The notes: generated by a model not told the origin, from the letters alone. Positions 1 to 12,980 are shown, counted from the stretch's first letter. The stretch is DNA of 64,000 nucleotides from Octopus sinensis (GCF_006345805.1 NC_043011.1:60338464-60402463), one strand, 5' to 3'. Numbers and translations: made by a program.

Positions 1-1630
1 GCAGCCATGCTGGGGGCACTGCCTTGAAATCTTTAATTGAACACATTGATTCTAGTACTTAATTATTTTAACCATGGCACTTATTCTGTTGGTTTTTTTT
101 TTGCTGAACTGCTAAGTGATAGAGATGTGAAGAAACTAGTATTGGTTATCAAGGGGTGGGAGCAAACATAACACAGACACAGACACACACATATATATAT
201 GTATATATATGTTACACACACAAAGATACAAAGACATATATAGTGACACACATGATGATGATGGTGATCTTTACTGTATATGTTGTTGGTCAAGATAAAA
301 TCCACAAATATTGTTTCTTAATCTTGAGTTAATGACATAAGGTGAAGCAGTAACATGATAAATTTTTCATTCAAAATTGATTTTGTAGCATTTTATTTTC
401 CCTTAAAGCTGAGTGTACTTATATCTCATTTATTTTCTTTAAGATGGTAGTGTCTCATTTGAATGAAATTTGCTGCTATTTCTATTAAGTCAATGATCTA
501 CATAACAGCACACATCAAAAGAGTTAAGATTAATGAGGAATTTTTTTTTTTGAACACATCAGTAAATTGTAGACAATACCATGTGACACAACTGAAGTAA
601 TTTCCTTTTATTTTCTCGATGCTGGCATAAATCTTAAGAAAGTTCTCAGAAAATATAGAACATTTGCTGAACAACCATGTGAACTGAAATGTGTACTAAC
701 ACAATATGATAACGGAGAATCAAATTGGAACTCATGACATAAATGGAAAAGTCCAATACCTTATTTATACATTTAGCCATTTTGTTACCTGAAAACTAGA
801 TTGATATTCATAGATTTTCTTCTCTTTCTTTCTCTTATAACTTGGACTATGCAAATGAAAACAAAAATTTTACTACAAGTCCTCACACAGCCACAGCAAA
901 ATGACTGAAATGAGCAAAAGAGTAAAAGCTTTCACTACTTCTCCAGTCATTGCATTAAGAGCCTTTACAGAACAAATATTCTTTACCACACAAAACTAAT
1001 TTTCTAAATTGATGAAAGTCTTTCTGTCAATATATTGCTAACACAAGTAAAAGAAAAAGATAAGTTTTGTAAAGATCCCTTCTAAGAAATAAATGTAAAA
1101 ATTAGAATTCTCCTATTTGCTAGGGTGTGTGTGTATAAAGCTATATAAATCACGTTCGTGTTATACAAAACGTATTTTGAATGCATGATAAATTATAGTT
1201 TACTTTACAAATGCAACAACACAGTCTAGTGGAAGTAAAAAATATATGCATGGAAAAATAATAGTCAAAAACAAATTTGGTGACAATCTGATGATTGTTC
1301 TTTTGTATGTTACATTCTTAAGCTAAGAATAATAACCACACCCGTCCTAAGAGTTAGTATTCAAGTAGAATTGAAGTGAAATGTGATGTAGTCAGTTTTT
1401 TTTTAGTCTGTGTGTGGATTTTGTTTTAGCTGTCTGAATAATTAATTCATGCTTAAGTAATGATTAATGGAAAGGTATGCTGGAATGTCTTACAACTACT
1501 TTCAGCATAGATAATATGCATAACATGAAGGAATTATAATATTAATGTCTAATACTTATGATTCTAGTTGCACTTTGTATCTTTTAAATATAAGAGGTCT
1601 GAGTCATTCAGAGTTTTAAATTTTGTCAGG

Positions 1631-2120
1631 AACCTTAGAACATTGGTCCTCACAGAGGCAATGACAGGAGACTGAGACCTTTGGAGATATGCTGTGATTG
1701 AGAAGACACAGCAACTAAATTGAGATTGCAGACATGCATGTCCGGCCCAGTTAAAGAGTACCCTTGATGCGTCATGCGATATGATATGCTTGAGAAGACC
1801 TGTTGAATCAAGTAAAACCAATATTGTAGCTGTGGCTAGTGCCTCCGACTGGCTCCAGTGCTGGTGGCACATACAAAGCACAAACCAAATGTGGCTGATG
1901 CCAGTACCCCTTGACTGGCTCTTGTGCTGGTGGCATATTCAAAGCACCAACCAAATGTAGCCAATGCCAGTACCCCAACTGGCCCCCATGCCAGTGGCAT
2001 GTAAAAATCACTATGTGAATGTGATCCATGCTAGACCTGCCTGATTGGCTCCTGTGCAAGTGACACATAAAAGTCACCCACTACACTCTTGGAGTGGTTG
2101 GCGTTAAGAAGGGCATCCAG
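1631..2120 (+). mobile_element. RTE-clade LINE 3' end (last ORF codons plus 3' UTR with ~55-60 bp internal tandem units)
   Basis: 1631-1723 translates NLRTLVLTEAMTGD*DLWRYAVIEKTQQLN*, typical of an RTE ORF C-terminus. It is followed by tandem gactggctc.tgtgc.ggtggca units and the conserved ggagtggttggcgttaagaagggcatccag tail motif. Confidence 0.75.
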
Positions 2121-2174
2121 GTAATTTGTACAGTATCTTTGACATACAGATTGTAGCACCCTTCAATGATATAT

Positions 2175-2205
<31 letters not shown>

Positions 2206-2368
2206 CAAGCCAAATTTTACAGCCAAAAATGTAGGTTGACATATACATCAAGACTATTGTGGAAGACTAAAAGTATGTGAAATGCAGCAGGATTTTTATA
2301 GTGAAAAGGATGAAGTGATTTAAAGGGATGAGAAGACCATATTGAGTGTTGTTCTTATTATTATTATT

Positions 2369-2714
2369 CCTTCGTAACACTGTGTAGGTAAAAATGTACC
2401 GCAGTCTTTAGTCACCTGTCAAGTCACAAGAAGGACTTCAGACAGGTAATACTTTCCTTAAGATGTGCGCTGTGCCCAATAAGGCTACTTTTTGCAAAAC
2501 ATCAATCTTGCATGGGATTTCCAGTAGCCTTATGACATTTTGAAGTTTCAACGGAATTGAGTCCAACACTCCGATCACCACTGGTATCACTTTTACATTA
2601 CCCTCTTGCATTCCATACAATCTTGCCATTTCTAATTTCAATTCGGAGTAATTGGTGACTTTTTCAATCTCATTACTCACAACATTCATGTCATTTGGTA
2701 TGGCTACATCAATA
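2369..2714 (-). mobile_element. 5'-truncated R4/Dong-clade non-LTR retrotransposon (C-terminal restriction-like endonuclease region plus 3' UTR)
   Basis: The minus-strand ORF ends IDVAIPND...EKVTNYSELKLEMARLY...KVIPVVIGVLDSIP...LQKVALLGTAHILRKVLPV* (stop at 2438). This matches the RLE C-terminus of R4/Dong-type elements. (TAA)n flanks both sides (2355-2368 and 2712-2730). Confidence 0.8.
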
Positions 2715-3870
2715 TTATTATTATTATTATATAAATATTTGGATAATTTATTTTGTACTAGTGGTGAATTATAGTTGAATGAATGTTTATGAAATTTAAC
2801 TTTTGTTATGGTGATGAAGGAATAAATATTAAAATATGATAACTTCCATAATTTTGGAAATTCTATGGAATAATAATCCAAATTTTTTGCTTGGAAGATA
2901 AGTTATCATAGGAATAATGATGATGTTCAATGTTTACACTATAGACTACATTGACCTGTATGCCAGTAACTACAGTAAATGAAATAATTTCTAAGTTTGG
3001 CAACAGGAAATGATATTTTGAGGAATAGAACAGTTAACACTACTGATCTCCATTATTGGACTAGCACTGATTTTATAAAACCCTGAAGGACGAGAAGTAG
3101 GTAACTTAAATGAAATTTGAACTCAGAAAATAAAGTGATATAATGAAATACCACAGGGCATTTGTCCAAATCATTAGAAAATATTTGTTTGATATGTCAT
3201 GGAATAGTTCACCATTTTTGTCACTCTTGATTTTGAAATATTTGAAATAGTCTGTGAAATATCATTCAACAAAAAGAGATAACTATATGTATGAATTAGT
3301 AAATAAAAATTGTCCATTTCAATCTTTATCAAAAAAGTCAATGGATATAAGTAGGACGATGATATTATATATATATATATATAAACATGTGCATGCACGT
3401 GTGTGTGTGTGTAAGCTCTAACATTAAAACTATTGTCTTCATGCATCCAGTAGTGAAACATCAGAATAAACTGTATTGACAAGTGTCATTTACTCACATT
3501 TCAATTCATAGTAAGAAATACATAAGAATTGAATTCAAGTGATATAATCTGAAAATCATACGCATACAAACAGAACAGGAAAATACAAATTTATTCCAGA
3601 TAAGTTGTTTCTTTTCTTTTTTGTAATTGGACATGGATGTAGAAGAAGAAGAAAAAATTCAGATGATATTTCATTCTTTGGTTCTCTTTAAAAAGTAGCT
3701 AAGAAAAACAGAAAACCTATTTAAGGGAAATTTTTTAACACCTTATCTCTCAAATGTAACTATCTATTCATTCATTTAAAGTTGAAGAACAAATAAACTT
3801 GCTAGTGTCTGGTATGTAGAACTTTTGAACTGGTAGCATCTGTATCTGCAAGTTGTTTGCAAATAATATA

Positions 3871-4525
3871 TTGCTCCATGTTAGTGAGACATGGGCCCTG
3901 AATGCAGAGGACATGTGACGATGTATGCTTTGATAGATGTGTGACATCAGTGTACATGTACGACAAAGTGTTGAGAAGGAAGTTGAGCATAAGAAGAATC
4001 GGATTTAGCATGCAAGAAAGAAGACTGTGGTTTGGTCATGTGATGTGTATGAATGAGGACAGCTGTATAAAGAAGTGCTGATCATTTAAAGTGAATGGAA
4101 CCTGGAGACCAACGGATGAAGTAATAAGGTCTAATGAAGATGCTGAACCCCACAGAGGTTCTTGACTGATAAACAATCTAATGCTTACAAGGTTATTGAG
4201 AAGATCCTGCCCACCTCAGCAAAACTGAGTTATGGACACACTGTGTATTCCACCCACACATGCCTCATCCCAATGAACCAAACTACATCGCTTCATGCAC
4301 TGTGCTAGTCTCTCCCTCCACTGCTCTTGCAGCCCAACTCTACCATGTCCTCTCTTTCCCTTGCCCTCCCCACTACCAACAGTATCATTGTTATCCTGGC
4401 ACTCCCTGCTCTACATGCACCTGCCCCACCCCACGCCTATAAAGTGGTTGGCATTAGGAAAGGCATCTAGCTGCAGAAACCTTGCCAAAGCAGGCAGTGG
4501 TGTATGGCATAGCCCTCAGGCCAGC
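3871..4525 (+). mobile_element. Decayed RTE-clade LINE 3' fragment
   Basis: Frameshifted peptides LLHVSETWALNAEDM and RRL-WFGHVMCMNEDSCIKKC, then a 3' UTR with gtggttggcattaggaaaggcatctagctgcagaaac. Confidence 0.75.
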
Positions 4526-7500
4526 TATTTTGATGGTAAATATATTTTGCATCTATTATTTTATTATTGATCGTGTATATAAATGAAGCTGTATCTTTTA
4601 ATTTGCTACTTTCTTTACATGAAATGAGAAGATACATTGCAGAACTGTCATTTTAACGAATTATATCTATTTATCACGCAAAGAGATGCATGTGCACCAT
4701 TGGATGCTCCTGAACCAATTATTAAGTATCCCACCTGTGAGGGATCGCCGCTAAATGTGTCGAAATAACTGTAGTGATTAATAAAAATTCTCATATCTTT
4801 CATCTTTCATTTACCATATACATAATGAACACAGTGAAAGTGAACCTGCTTTACCAGTAAGCTATCAAGTATAAACCATTCGTTTTATTATATATATTTA
4901 TATATATATATGACAATGACTTAGCAACTACAAATAAATGAAAGAAGAAAGAGATAATGAAATAAGGAAGAAAAGAGAAAAAAGAAGATACCGAAAGTCA
5001 TCGTGTTTATCCACTGGAGATCAATGAAGATGATAGTTTCAACCATTCAGTAAGTCAACAGAGGACACAACCATGCAAGGGACTAAGTAATTGCAACTGC
5101 CCCTCCTATACTACACATTCCATGCACTTGAATCTACAGAAATGGTAACATTTCATTGTTACAAATATGTGATGCTTCTTACTGCTATGATAAAAGGTGT
5201 ACAGCACTTGCACAAAGTATGTGGTTATGCACAATAAGAGGTGGAGTATTGTAAATGTGTGTGCATGTGCATGCGCATGTAAGTTTCAACCAATTTTCCA
5301 GAATTAAAAGCTATCCTTTTGCATACCCCTTAAAGCAAATGATAAACTGAAACTTTTTCGTTTTCCATTTTTCGATTTTATGGCAATCAGTAAAATGAAT
5401 AACCAATTTCAAAAGATTTAAAAAAAGAATTTGGGATTTTAAATCCAAGTTTATATACATAAAACTCATAGTTCTATAAAATAGGATTAATGTTTAAATC
5501 CGGTTTTATGTCACTCTTTAGTGGCAATATCTTTAATGACATACACAGTGAATGTTTTCCAAATAATTTTGAAATTGATCCAGAACTTAGAAGGATTTAA
5601 TAAAATACCTTTCTAATAATTTATCTCATGTTTCATTAAAAAAAAGAAGACATTCCTACGTAAAATTATGATCATATGTTTTAATTTGAATATAAATACT
5701 TTCAAAGAAGAGGGTTATCTCAAATACATTAGAATTGAAAGTCATCAAACCTCTTTGTACATCTTGGCTATTCTCAATCCTTTACAGAAAAAAAAAAAAA
5801 AGTTACAGTCTTTTTATTGTCCCTTCTGGTCTTCATAACTGCCCTCACTTATCTATTGTGTGATAGTTTTAGACAAGCACTTCTTTTGTGTCCATGTCAC
5901 TTAAAATTATGTCTTTTGGTTGGTTAAACAAATTGTTCTTGCTTGTCTAGAAGGGAATTATCATATTGTTTGACAAAACTATTATTTTTTTCAGTACTTA
6001 AAATAGACTTTTACAAAAAAAGATTCCTGTAACTCTAGGACTCACCTGTATTTTACATTTGCTTGTGCAGAAGAGTGAACAATACCCAGTAATTTGTATA
6101 GTTTAGCAGAACACAAACTTCGAAAATGTTATATGACAATGAGTTCAATTTTTCTATCTTGAGGAACACATACTCTCTATTTTCTACATAACTAAGACTC
6201 TGTATTGAACTCAACATGACTGGCTAGTTTTATTATAAAATAGAAAGATACCAAAGCTATTTAGAATGCTTGTGAAAACATTTCAAAATGTGGAAAGAAA
6301 GCAAAGTTAGAGATACAAATAGAAGAGAAATCAAGAAGATAAAAAGACTCAATGGAGAAAACACCGATGACAATGAAAGTAATTGTAACAGTATAGAAGA
6401 TAATTTTTTCTATTTTACTTTTACAAAGGTAGAAAATCATTATCAGTCATTTTACAATTCTCTTCTCCCATGTTGGTTCCATAGCCTCTGTCTACTTTCT
6501 TCTGTCCTCCAACGTTCTCATTTGCTTTGACATATTTATAAAACACTCAAAAGCCTGGGGTTAGACCAAAATTACATTAGAGCTCTAATGATTGATTTTT
6601 TCCTCAGTATGATTTTTTTTTCTTACTGAGGTATTTCAACCTCATATAATAAATTGCTTTACACCAATGCAGTCACACATTTTTTTTCTCTCTCTAATTT
6701 ACTTGCAGGTTATATATTTTCTCATGAAGCATAAATAACAATATAAACTAATTTTTGTATTGCATGTTCTAAAAAAGAAATAAACTAAAAAATATTAAGC
6801 ATTTGTTTTCTCCTCAAGGTTTCTGCCCTCCATTAGCAAGCCTCTACCAGATTCAGACAAAATATGCTAAGTTTCTTAATTACATGAAACATTCCCTCAA
6901 AATATATTTTCTCCAAGAATGAAACTACTGCCAATGTGGAAGTTTCTATGTGGTTGTCCAGCCTACGAGTAACAGTAGCCAAATTTTGTTCATATCACAC
7001 CTTATCTGCTTAAAATAAGAAAAGGCACATAGGATAATGTATTCCTAGATAACCTGTTAGAATGTCTTTGGTTATAAGTCTGTTTGATAAGGGCTGATCT
7101 AAATAAACAACAACTGGTTACTTTCATCATTGCACTGAGGATAGTAAATTGAACTAGTATATGAAATGGAAAAAAAACTTCTCATGACTAAAGCTTATTT
7201 TAATTAAATTAAAAATTTAAAATGCTTTACATATAGCCTAATACTGTGTTTCAATGAATTAGTCAAGCGATTTTCCTGTTAACAAAAGTTTAATCACAAC
7301 AAATTACAATTCAAATTAGTAATAAATATTTATAAAACGTTGGAATTAACTGTATGCAATGAAGTGAAATAGAAATCCCACAAGTCTGAGACAAAATTAA
7401 ATAAAATACACATTAAGATGACGTTGCTTCATGACTGAATACTCAGTAATTCCGGACTTTTCTAAAGAAATATATAGCTTTGTTCACTAAACCATGTTCC

Positions 7501-7583
7501 AAAAAACATTAATGTTAATGTTGATAAGGTAAAGAATACAAATCAAACTTGTTGGTGTGTATGTGTGTATTTATATATATATA

Positions 7584-7770
7584 TCATCATCATCATCGTT
7601 TAGCGTCCGCTTTCCATGCTAGCATGGGTTGGACGGTTCAACTGGGGTCTGGGAAGCCAGAAGGCTGCACCAGGCCCAGTCTGATCTGGCAATGTTTCTA
7701 CGGCTGGATGCCCTTCCTAACGCCAACCACTCCGTGAGTGTAGTGGGTGCTTTTTACGTGCCACCGGCAC
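7584..7770 (-). mobile_element. RTE 3'-tail repeat (short truncated LINE or SINE) ending in (GAT)n
   Basis: The minus strand reads ggagtggttggcgttaggaagggcatccagccgtagaaac...ccaacccatgctagcatggaaagcggacgctaaacgatgatgatg. Related copies lie at 8801-8937, 21942-22260, 32387-32675, 39743-39877 and 40085-40145. Confidence 0.8.
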
Positions 7771-8800
7771 ATGCAACATACATGTTGATAGTTATGTGAT
7801 TGGATATGTGCATGCACATTTATGCTTTCAGAAGCAAATATATGTATATACACACATGTAAGAGTGTTTACATGTTTATGTGAGAGAGAGGGGGGAGTGA
7901 GTAGGGTGGAGGGTGTGAATGTAGCTGAGTTCCGACGAATGTAACCATATATGCAATTAAAAAAAAAAAAAAAATCATTGTGCAAACAAGAATAGATCTC
8001 TTTATCACTATCAGAAAATGCTCTCAAAGAAATGCAAGTGACGTATGAATAAAACTGAAGCTTCCAGCCAAGGATAGCTATTGACAGATATATCATGGTT
8101 GCAGGATTGGATTAGTTCTCATACAAAATATCTCTGCATAACAATTCCAATGAATGATTGTTAAAAGAACTGCAGGCATATCTGCACTATGTTTATGGAA
8201 CTGACTATAGTATCAAAGCTTCATATTACAACACCATTACCTAAAGAGTTCTTAAGTCATTGTCATGATGTTACTCTCATCAGTAGGGGTAGAATACAAG
8301 AGGATTTGTAAGGTAAGTAGATTTATTTAATGAGATTAGATGGTAACAGCAATAACAATAATAATGATAAATAGTGAAAAATAATCATTTTTTGCCACAA
8401 GGGTTATGGACGACTGGACATTGTTGACACAGCAAGGAAAAGATGGTTAATCACTTATATAAAAAATAATACGTTGTGAGTAGCAGGATGGTGTGGGGGA
8501 GAATTGTTTGCTTGGATTACTTAACATCAGATTTTTATTGTGAAATAATTGATTTCGATAGATTTTGGCAACAATTCTCTTAAGAACTTGAGACATATCT
8601 GTGTATATGTGTGTGTGTGAGAGAGAGAATATATACATATTCATATACACATACAAATGTACATTTATATATATATATATATTTAAGGTATATTCTGCTA
8701 GGAATGTAGCGGAGTACAGTACAGGGCTTGTTCACCCTTAGAATTACTGAATAGCCGGTAGTATTACAATATACTTCCAAGTCTAGATTTGGGCATTTGT

Positions 8801-8937
8801 TCATCATCATCATCATCATCATCGTTTAACGTCCGTTTTCCGCGCTAGCACGGGTTGGACGGTTCGACCGGGGTCTGGGAAGCCAGGGGCTGCTCCATGC
8901 TGATCTGGCAGAGTTTCTACGGCTGGATGCCCTTCCT
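8801..8937 (-). mobile_element. RTE 3'-tail repeat, truncated next to a foldback element
   Basis: Same tail as 7584-7770, with CpGs retained; ends abruptly at gcccttcct. Confidence 0.8.
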
Positions 8938-8951
8938 GTTTGTGAAAATAA

Positions 8952-9340
8952 AGTTAAATAAGATAGAGTCAACAAGAAGGAGTATGGTTGGGCTGTTATT
9001 TTTTAATCACTACAAATGTTTCTAAGCAACCGTTTACCTGTATAATGGGATCCAGTTGTATTTCCTCAGGTGATATCCAATTGCTGTCTCTATTAGTTAA
9101 AAAATCTTTGACTTCAGTACTAATATACATGTTAGGATTGAAGTCAAAGGTTTTTTAACTAATGGAGACAGCAATTGGATATCACCCGAGGATATACAAC
9201 CGGATCCTATTATACAGGTAAACAGTTGCATAATCAAATACCTGTATGTATGAAAAACTATGTTTTATGGAAACATTTGTGGTGATTAAGAAATAACTGT
9301 CTAACCATACTCCTTCTTGTTGACTCTATTTTATTCAATT
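8952..9340. mobile_element. Foldback/MITE-like element with ~165-bp inverted arms, superfamily unassigned
   Basis: The left arm 8952-9116 pairs with the right arm 9139-9340 (e.g. gatatccaattgctgtctc / gagacagcaattggatatc; gagtcaacaagaaggagtatggtt / aaccatactccttcttgttgactc). There is a 22-nt central loop and a 40-nt extra segment at 9230-9269. Confidence 0.8.
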
Positions 9341-9343
9341 ATA

Positions 9344-10805
9344 CATGGTGCATAAGATATTTGAGGACATACCTTTTTTAGTCACTGCTGCATTTTTTGC
9401 TAACCCTGTATAATATTTGTTTCAGAAAATAATAATAGCAGACCCTCAGCTTACTCAAAAAATGAAGAGACATGCTGTTATTGTGGTTATAAAAGCCGAG
9501 CATAGTGATTTAGAAATACCTCAATTTTTAAAAATTGCCAGATCTTTCATCTGCAGGGTTTGTAAGGTGCTAGAGACTGAAGTTGGAAACATATCACCAG
9601 TATCAAAGTATAAAAAGCATTCTAAATACTCTGAAATCATTAGAACACCTGAATTCATCCAACAAGTTCAAAAGACCACTGATTACAATCCCAGAAAGTC
9701 CATAAGGTCAATTGCAAAAGATCTCCATGTGTCAGAAGGAACAGTCAGAAATGTTGCCCATAAAGACATCATATAAGTCTTATATGATGAGGAAAGGTCA
9801 ATTTGTCAGGAAAAGCAAAAGAAAATCACTACATCAGACCTAAAAGGCTCTTAACCCTTTTGTTACCAACCCGGCTGAAACCGGCTCTGGCTCTGAGTAC
9901 AAATATCTTGTTTTCATAAGTTTTGAATGAAAATCTTCCACCAAACCTTAGTCACAATTTATGTTCCTAACACTGGCTGAATGATAACTAAGTTATTTTA
10001 CTAAATTCTTTGTTATATTTAAAGCAATTGAAAGAAACACAGAGCACCTCAAAATAAATACAGTAACAAAAGGGTTAAACAAACTGAAAAAGTCATCAGA
10101 AAAAGATTTGATTTGGTTTTCCTCAAACGAGAAAAACTTCGACCAAGATCAAAAAGTTACCAGAAAAAATGACAGATGATTATCTGCAAACCTTTCTGAA
10201 GTTCCAACTGTGATGCATACAAAATTTCCTGCAACTGTCATGTTTTTAGGAGTTGACAGTAATGAAGGACATGTGATGCCTCCTTACTTCTTTCCACAAG
10301 ACCTTAGAGTCAACTCTGCCTCCCACATCGAGGTCCTGGAAATAATTAAGCTGTGGTAGACAGTGTATGCAATAGAAGGCCATATGTGTTTCAGTAAGAC
10401 TATGCACTATCACACATGGCTCTAGTAATGGATGGCTGAAAATTTTCATGATCACATAACCCCTAACATTTGGTTTCCTAATTCCCCAGATCTCAATCCA
10501 TGTGGAGCATTGTTGAGAAATAGGTCAATGAACATGCCCATAACACCAAAGATTCTTTGAAAGTTGCCACAGTCAGAGGAATGTCCAAAATGAATCAGGG
10601 CCATTTGATTAAGCGTGTAGATGATTTAGATCTCATATAGAAGCAGTTGCTGATGAAAAAGGTGGCTTTATTGAATAACATTATAGAAAAGGAGGGTCAT
10701 TTTTATTCTCATAGTATTTTTTCATTAATAAAGTTATTATCTGTTATTATATATGTTTTTTCTTTTATAAACATAAATCTGTCCTCGAACATCTTACACA
10801 TGCTG
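9344..10805 (+). mobile_element. Full-length but decayed Tc1/mariner transposon, maT (DD37D)-like
   Basis: TA TSDs at 9342-9343 and 10806-10807, with ~26-bp imperfect TIRs (catggtgcataagatatttgaggaca / tgtcctcgaacatcttacacatgctg). Transposase peptides: MKRHAVIV...NPRKSIRSIAKDLHVSEGTV, WFSSNEKNFDQDQK, TKFPATVMFLGV, FQ*DYALSH, NSPDLNP. Spacing up to SPDLNP fits DD37D if an 8-nt deletion is restored. The last catalytic D codon is deleted, so the family call is an inference. Confidence 0.9.
9855..10074. mobile_element. piggyBac-type MITE nested in the maT transposase
   Basis: TTAA TSD at 9851-9854 and 10075-10078; perfect 12-bp TIR CCCTTTTGTTAC / GTAACAAAAGGG. Confidence 0.9.
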
Positions 10806-10894
10806 TATATATATATACACACTAACATTGGTTGTCAAATGATGGTGGGGCAACAAACACAGACATAAAGACACACTCACATAAATATATATAT

Positions 10895-10934
<40 letters not shown>

Positions 10935-10944
<10 letters not shown>

Positions 10945-11375
10945 AGCTTCTTTTAGTTTCCATCTATCAAATCCACTCACAAGGCTTTGGCTGGTTTGAG
11001 ATTATAGTAGAAGCCACACAGTGGCACTAAACCCAGAACCATGTGGTTGGGAAGCAAGTTTCTTACCACAGAGCCACTAATAGATGTACATGTAGATAGA
11101 TAGGTAGGTAGAGGGATAGGTAGACAAATAGATAAATAAACAGATAGATATATGAACACACATATATGGACATATATGTACACACACAGAGGAATGCAAC
11201 CATGCTGGAACACCACATTGAAGGGTATATTTAAGTGATCAGATCAGCTCCAGAAGAAATTTTAAGCCTGCTAGTTATTATATCACCTCACTTTTGCCAA
11301 ACTGTTAAGTTGTAAGCATAAAAACATGCCTACACTGCTTGACAAGTGGTGAAAGATAAACACAAATGTGCACAG

Positions 11376-11434
<59 letters not shown>

Positions 11435-11862
11435 AGCTTCTTTTAGTTTCCATCTATCAAATCCACTCACAAGGCTTTGGCTGGTCTGAGATTATAGTAG
11501 AAGCCACACAGTGGCACTAAACCCAGAACCATGTGGTTGGGAAGCAAGTTTCTTACCACAGAGCCACTAATAGATGTACATGTAGATAGATAGGTAGGTA
11601 GAGGGATAGGTAGACAAATAGATAAATAAACAGATAGATATATGAACACACATATATGGACATATATACACACACAGAGGAATGCAACCATGCTGGAACA
11701 CCACATTGAAGGGTATATTTAAGTGATCAGATCAGCTCCAGAAGAAATTTTAAGCCTGCTAGTTATTCTATCACCTCACTTTTGCCAAACTGTTAAGTTG
11801 TAAGCATAAAAACATGCCTACACTGCTTGACAAGTGGTGAAAGATAAACACAAATGTGCACA

Positions 11863-11863
<1 letters not shown>
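10935..11863. repeat. Near-identical tandem duplication of a ~490-bp unit bounded by (TA)n tracts; each unit contains a minus-strand tRNA/CORE-type SINE head
   Basis: 10935-11375 versus ~11425-11863, offset 490 then 488. I see two substitutions and one 2-nt indel. Confidence 0.95.
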
Positions 11864-11900
<37 letters not shown>

Positions 11901-11988
11901 GTGCATATAAAAAGCACCCACTACACTCTAGGAGTGGTTGGCATCAGCAAGACATGTATTATTAATAAAATCTATGTATATACATATA

Positions 11989-12196
11989 CTTTTCTACTCT
12001 AGGCACAAGACCTGTAATTTTGGGGGAGGGGGCCAGTCAATTAGATTAACCCCAGTATGCAACTGGTACTTAATTTATCGACTCTAAAAGGCTGAAAGGC
12101 AAAGTCGACCTCAGTGGAATTTGAACTCAGAACGTAAAGACAGACAAAATACTGCTAAGCATTTCGTTCAGCGTGCTAACGTTTCTGCCAGCTCAC
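11989..12196 (-). mobile_element. tRNA-derived SINE, family B (central gtcgactttgcctttca...gataaattaagtaccagtt domain)
   Basis: The minus strand has an A-box-like tggcagaaacgttag and a B-box gagttcaaattcc. Further copies lie at about 14020-14200, 19125-19334, 20570-20765, 22789-23000, 23017-23207, 35390-35700, 35811-36018, 46090-46470, 51470-51650, 60950-61135 and 61440-61640. Confidence 0.8.
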
Positions 12197-12980
12197 ATAC
12201 ACACACACACACACGAAATGATTTACTTACCACCATCCCCTCACACACACACACATCTATATATATATGAAGATATCACCTGCTATCAGTCCTGCTGTAA
12301 TGGGATTTTGATTGAGATTCCACTTTAGCTATGAATAATACTTATCTACAGGCAGTCTCTGCCAGTTTTATATTAAAAGTGTTAAAGATAATCAAAAGTT
12401 TTTTCTTCTTTCCATCTATACTTGGAATAAATAGACAAAGCAATCTTAAATAAAGTAAGTTACAACTTGTAAGAATACAAAGGCATTTGTTGGACTGTCT
12501 GTCCAAGTTTCTGTTTTCACCATTTTTATTTGAAAATGTAAGCCAACTATTGTTAAGAAAAGGTTTTCACTGAGTGAAGAAAGCGGAAAATTTCAGATGC
12601 TGGACAAACCAACTAAATTATCATCATTTTTATTAAGATATTCTGCTGTATCTTTACATGACATTTCTTTGGCTTGCTCTGCTTTATTTTCTCTTTTTAT
12701 TTTTTGGTTCAAGATTTCATCAGAAGAGGTAAAACAAAACCTATGATCTTTTCCAGGGACTCCATGAGTGGTGTGAGGAAGAGAGGAAGTTCTTTTCAGA
12801 CTGAAGCCCTACCCTAAATGCTTGCAACAATGTGGACAACACTGAAAGTATCTGAAGGTCAGTTGGTGGTGCTGAACTGGGCAACAGATTATTTGCTGGT
12901 AAAAAAATGCACAGTTATATTAAACACACCTCAATTTCTGTAGCATATATTTAGGCAAAAAAGTTTTTAGTGTATACAAA

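Noticed and set aside
1830-2060. Regularly spaced ~55-60 bp repeats superficially like a CRISPR array (also 22100-22260)
   Set aside because: The units are degenerate whole-unit tandem repeats inside an RTE 3' UTR, with no unique spacers, in a eukaryotic context.
4735-4765. Hammerhead-like ctgtga...cgaaa followed by AATAAA
   Set aside because: The core lacks the conserved A, and I could not build stems I-III.
6041-6140. Strong minus-strand donor cag|gtgagt with a short open frame upstream
   Set aside because: No convincing acceptor and no homology; such motifs are expected by chance in 64 kb.
12757-12857. Plus-strand exon candidate (ttttccag...gaag|gtcagt)
   Set aside because: Stops in all three frames and no recognisable product.
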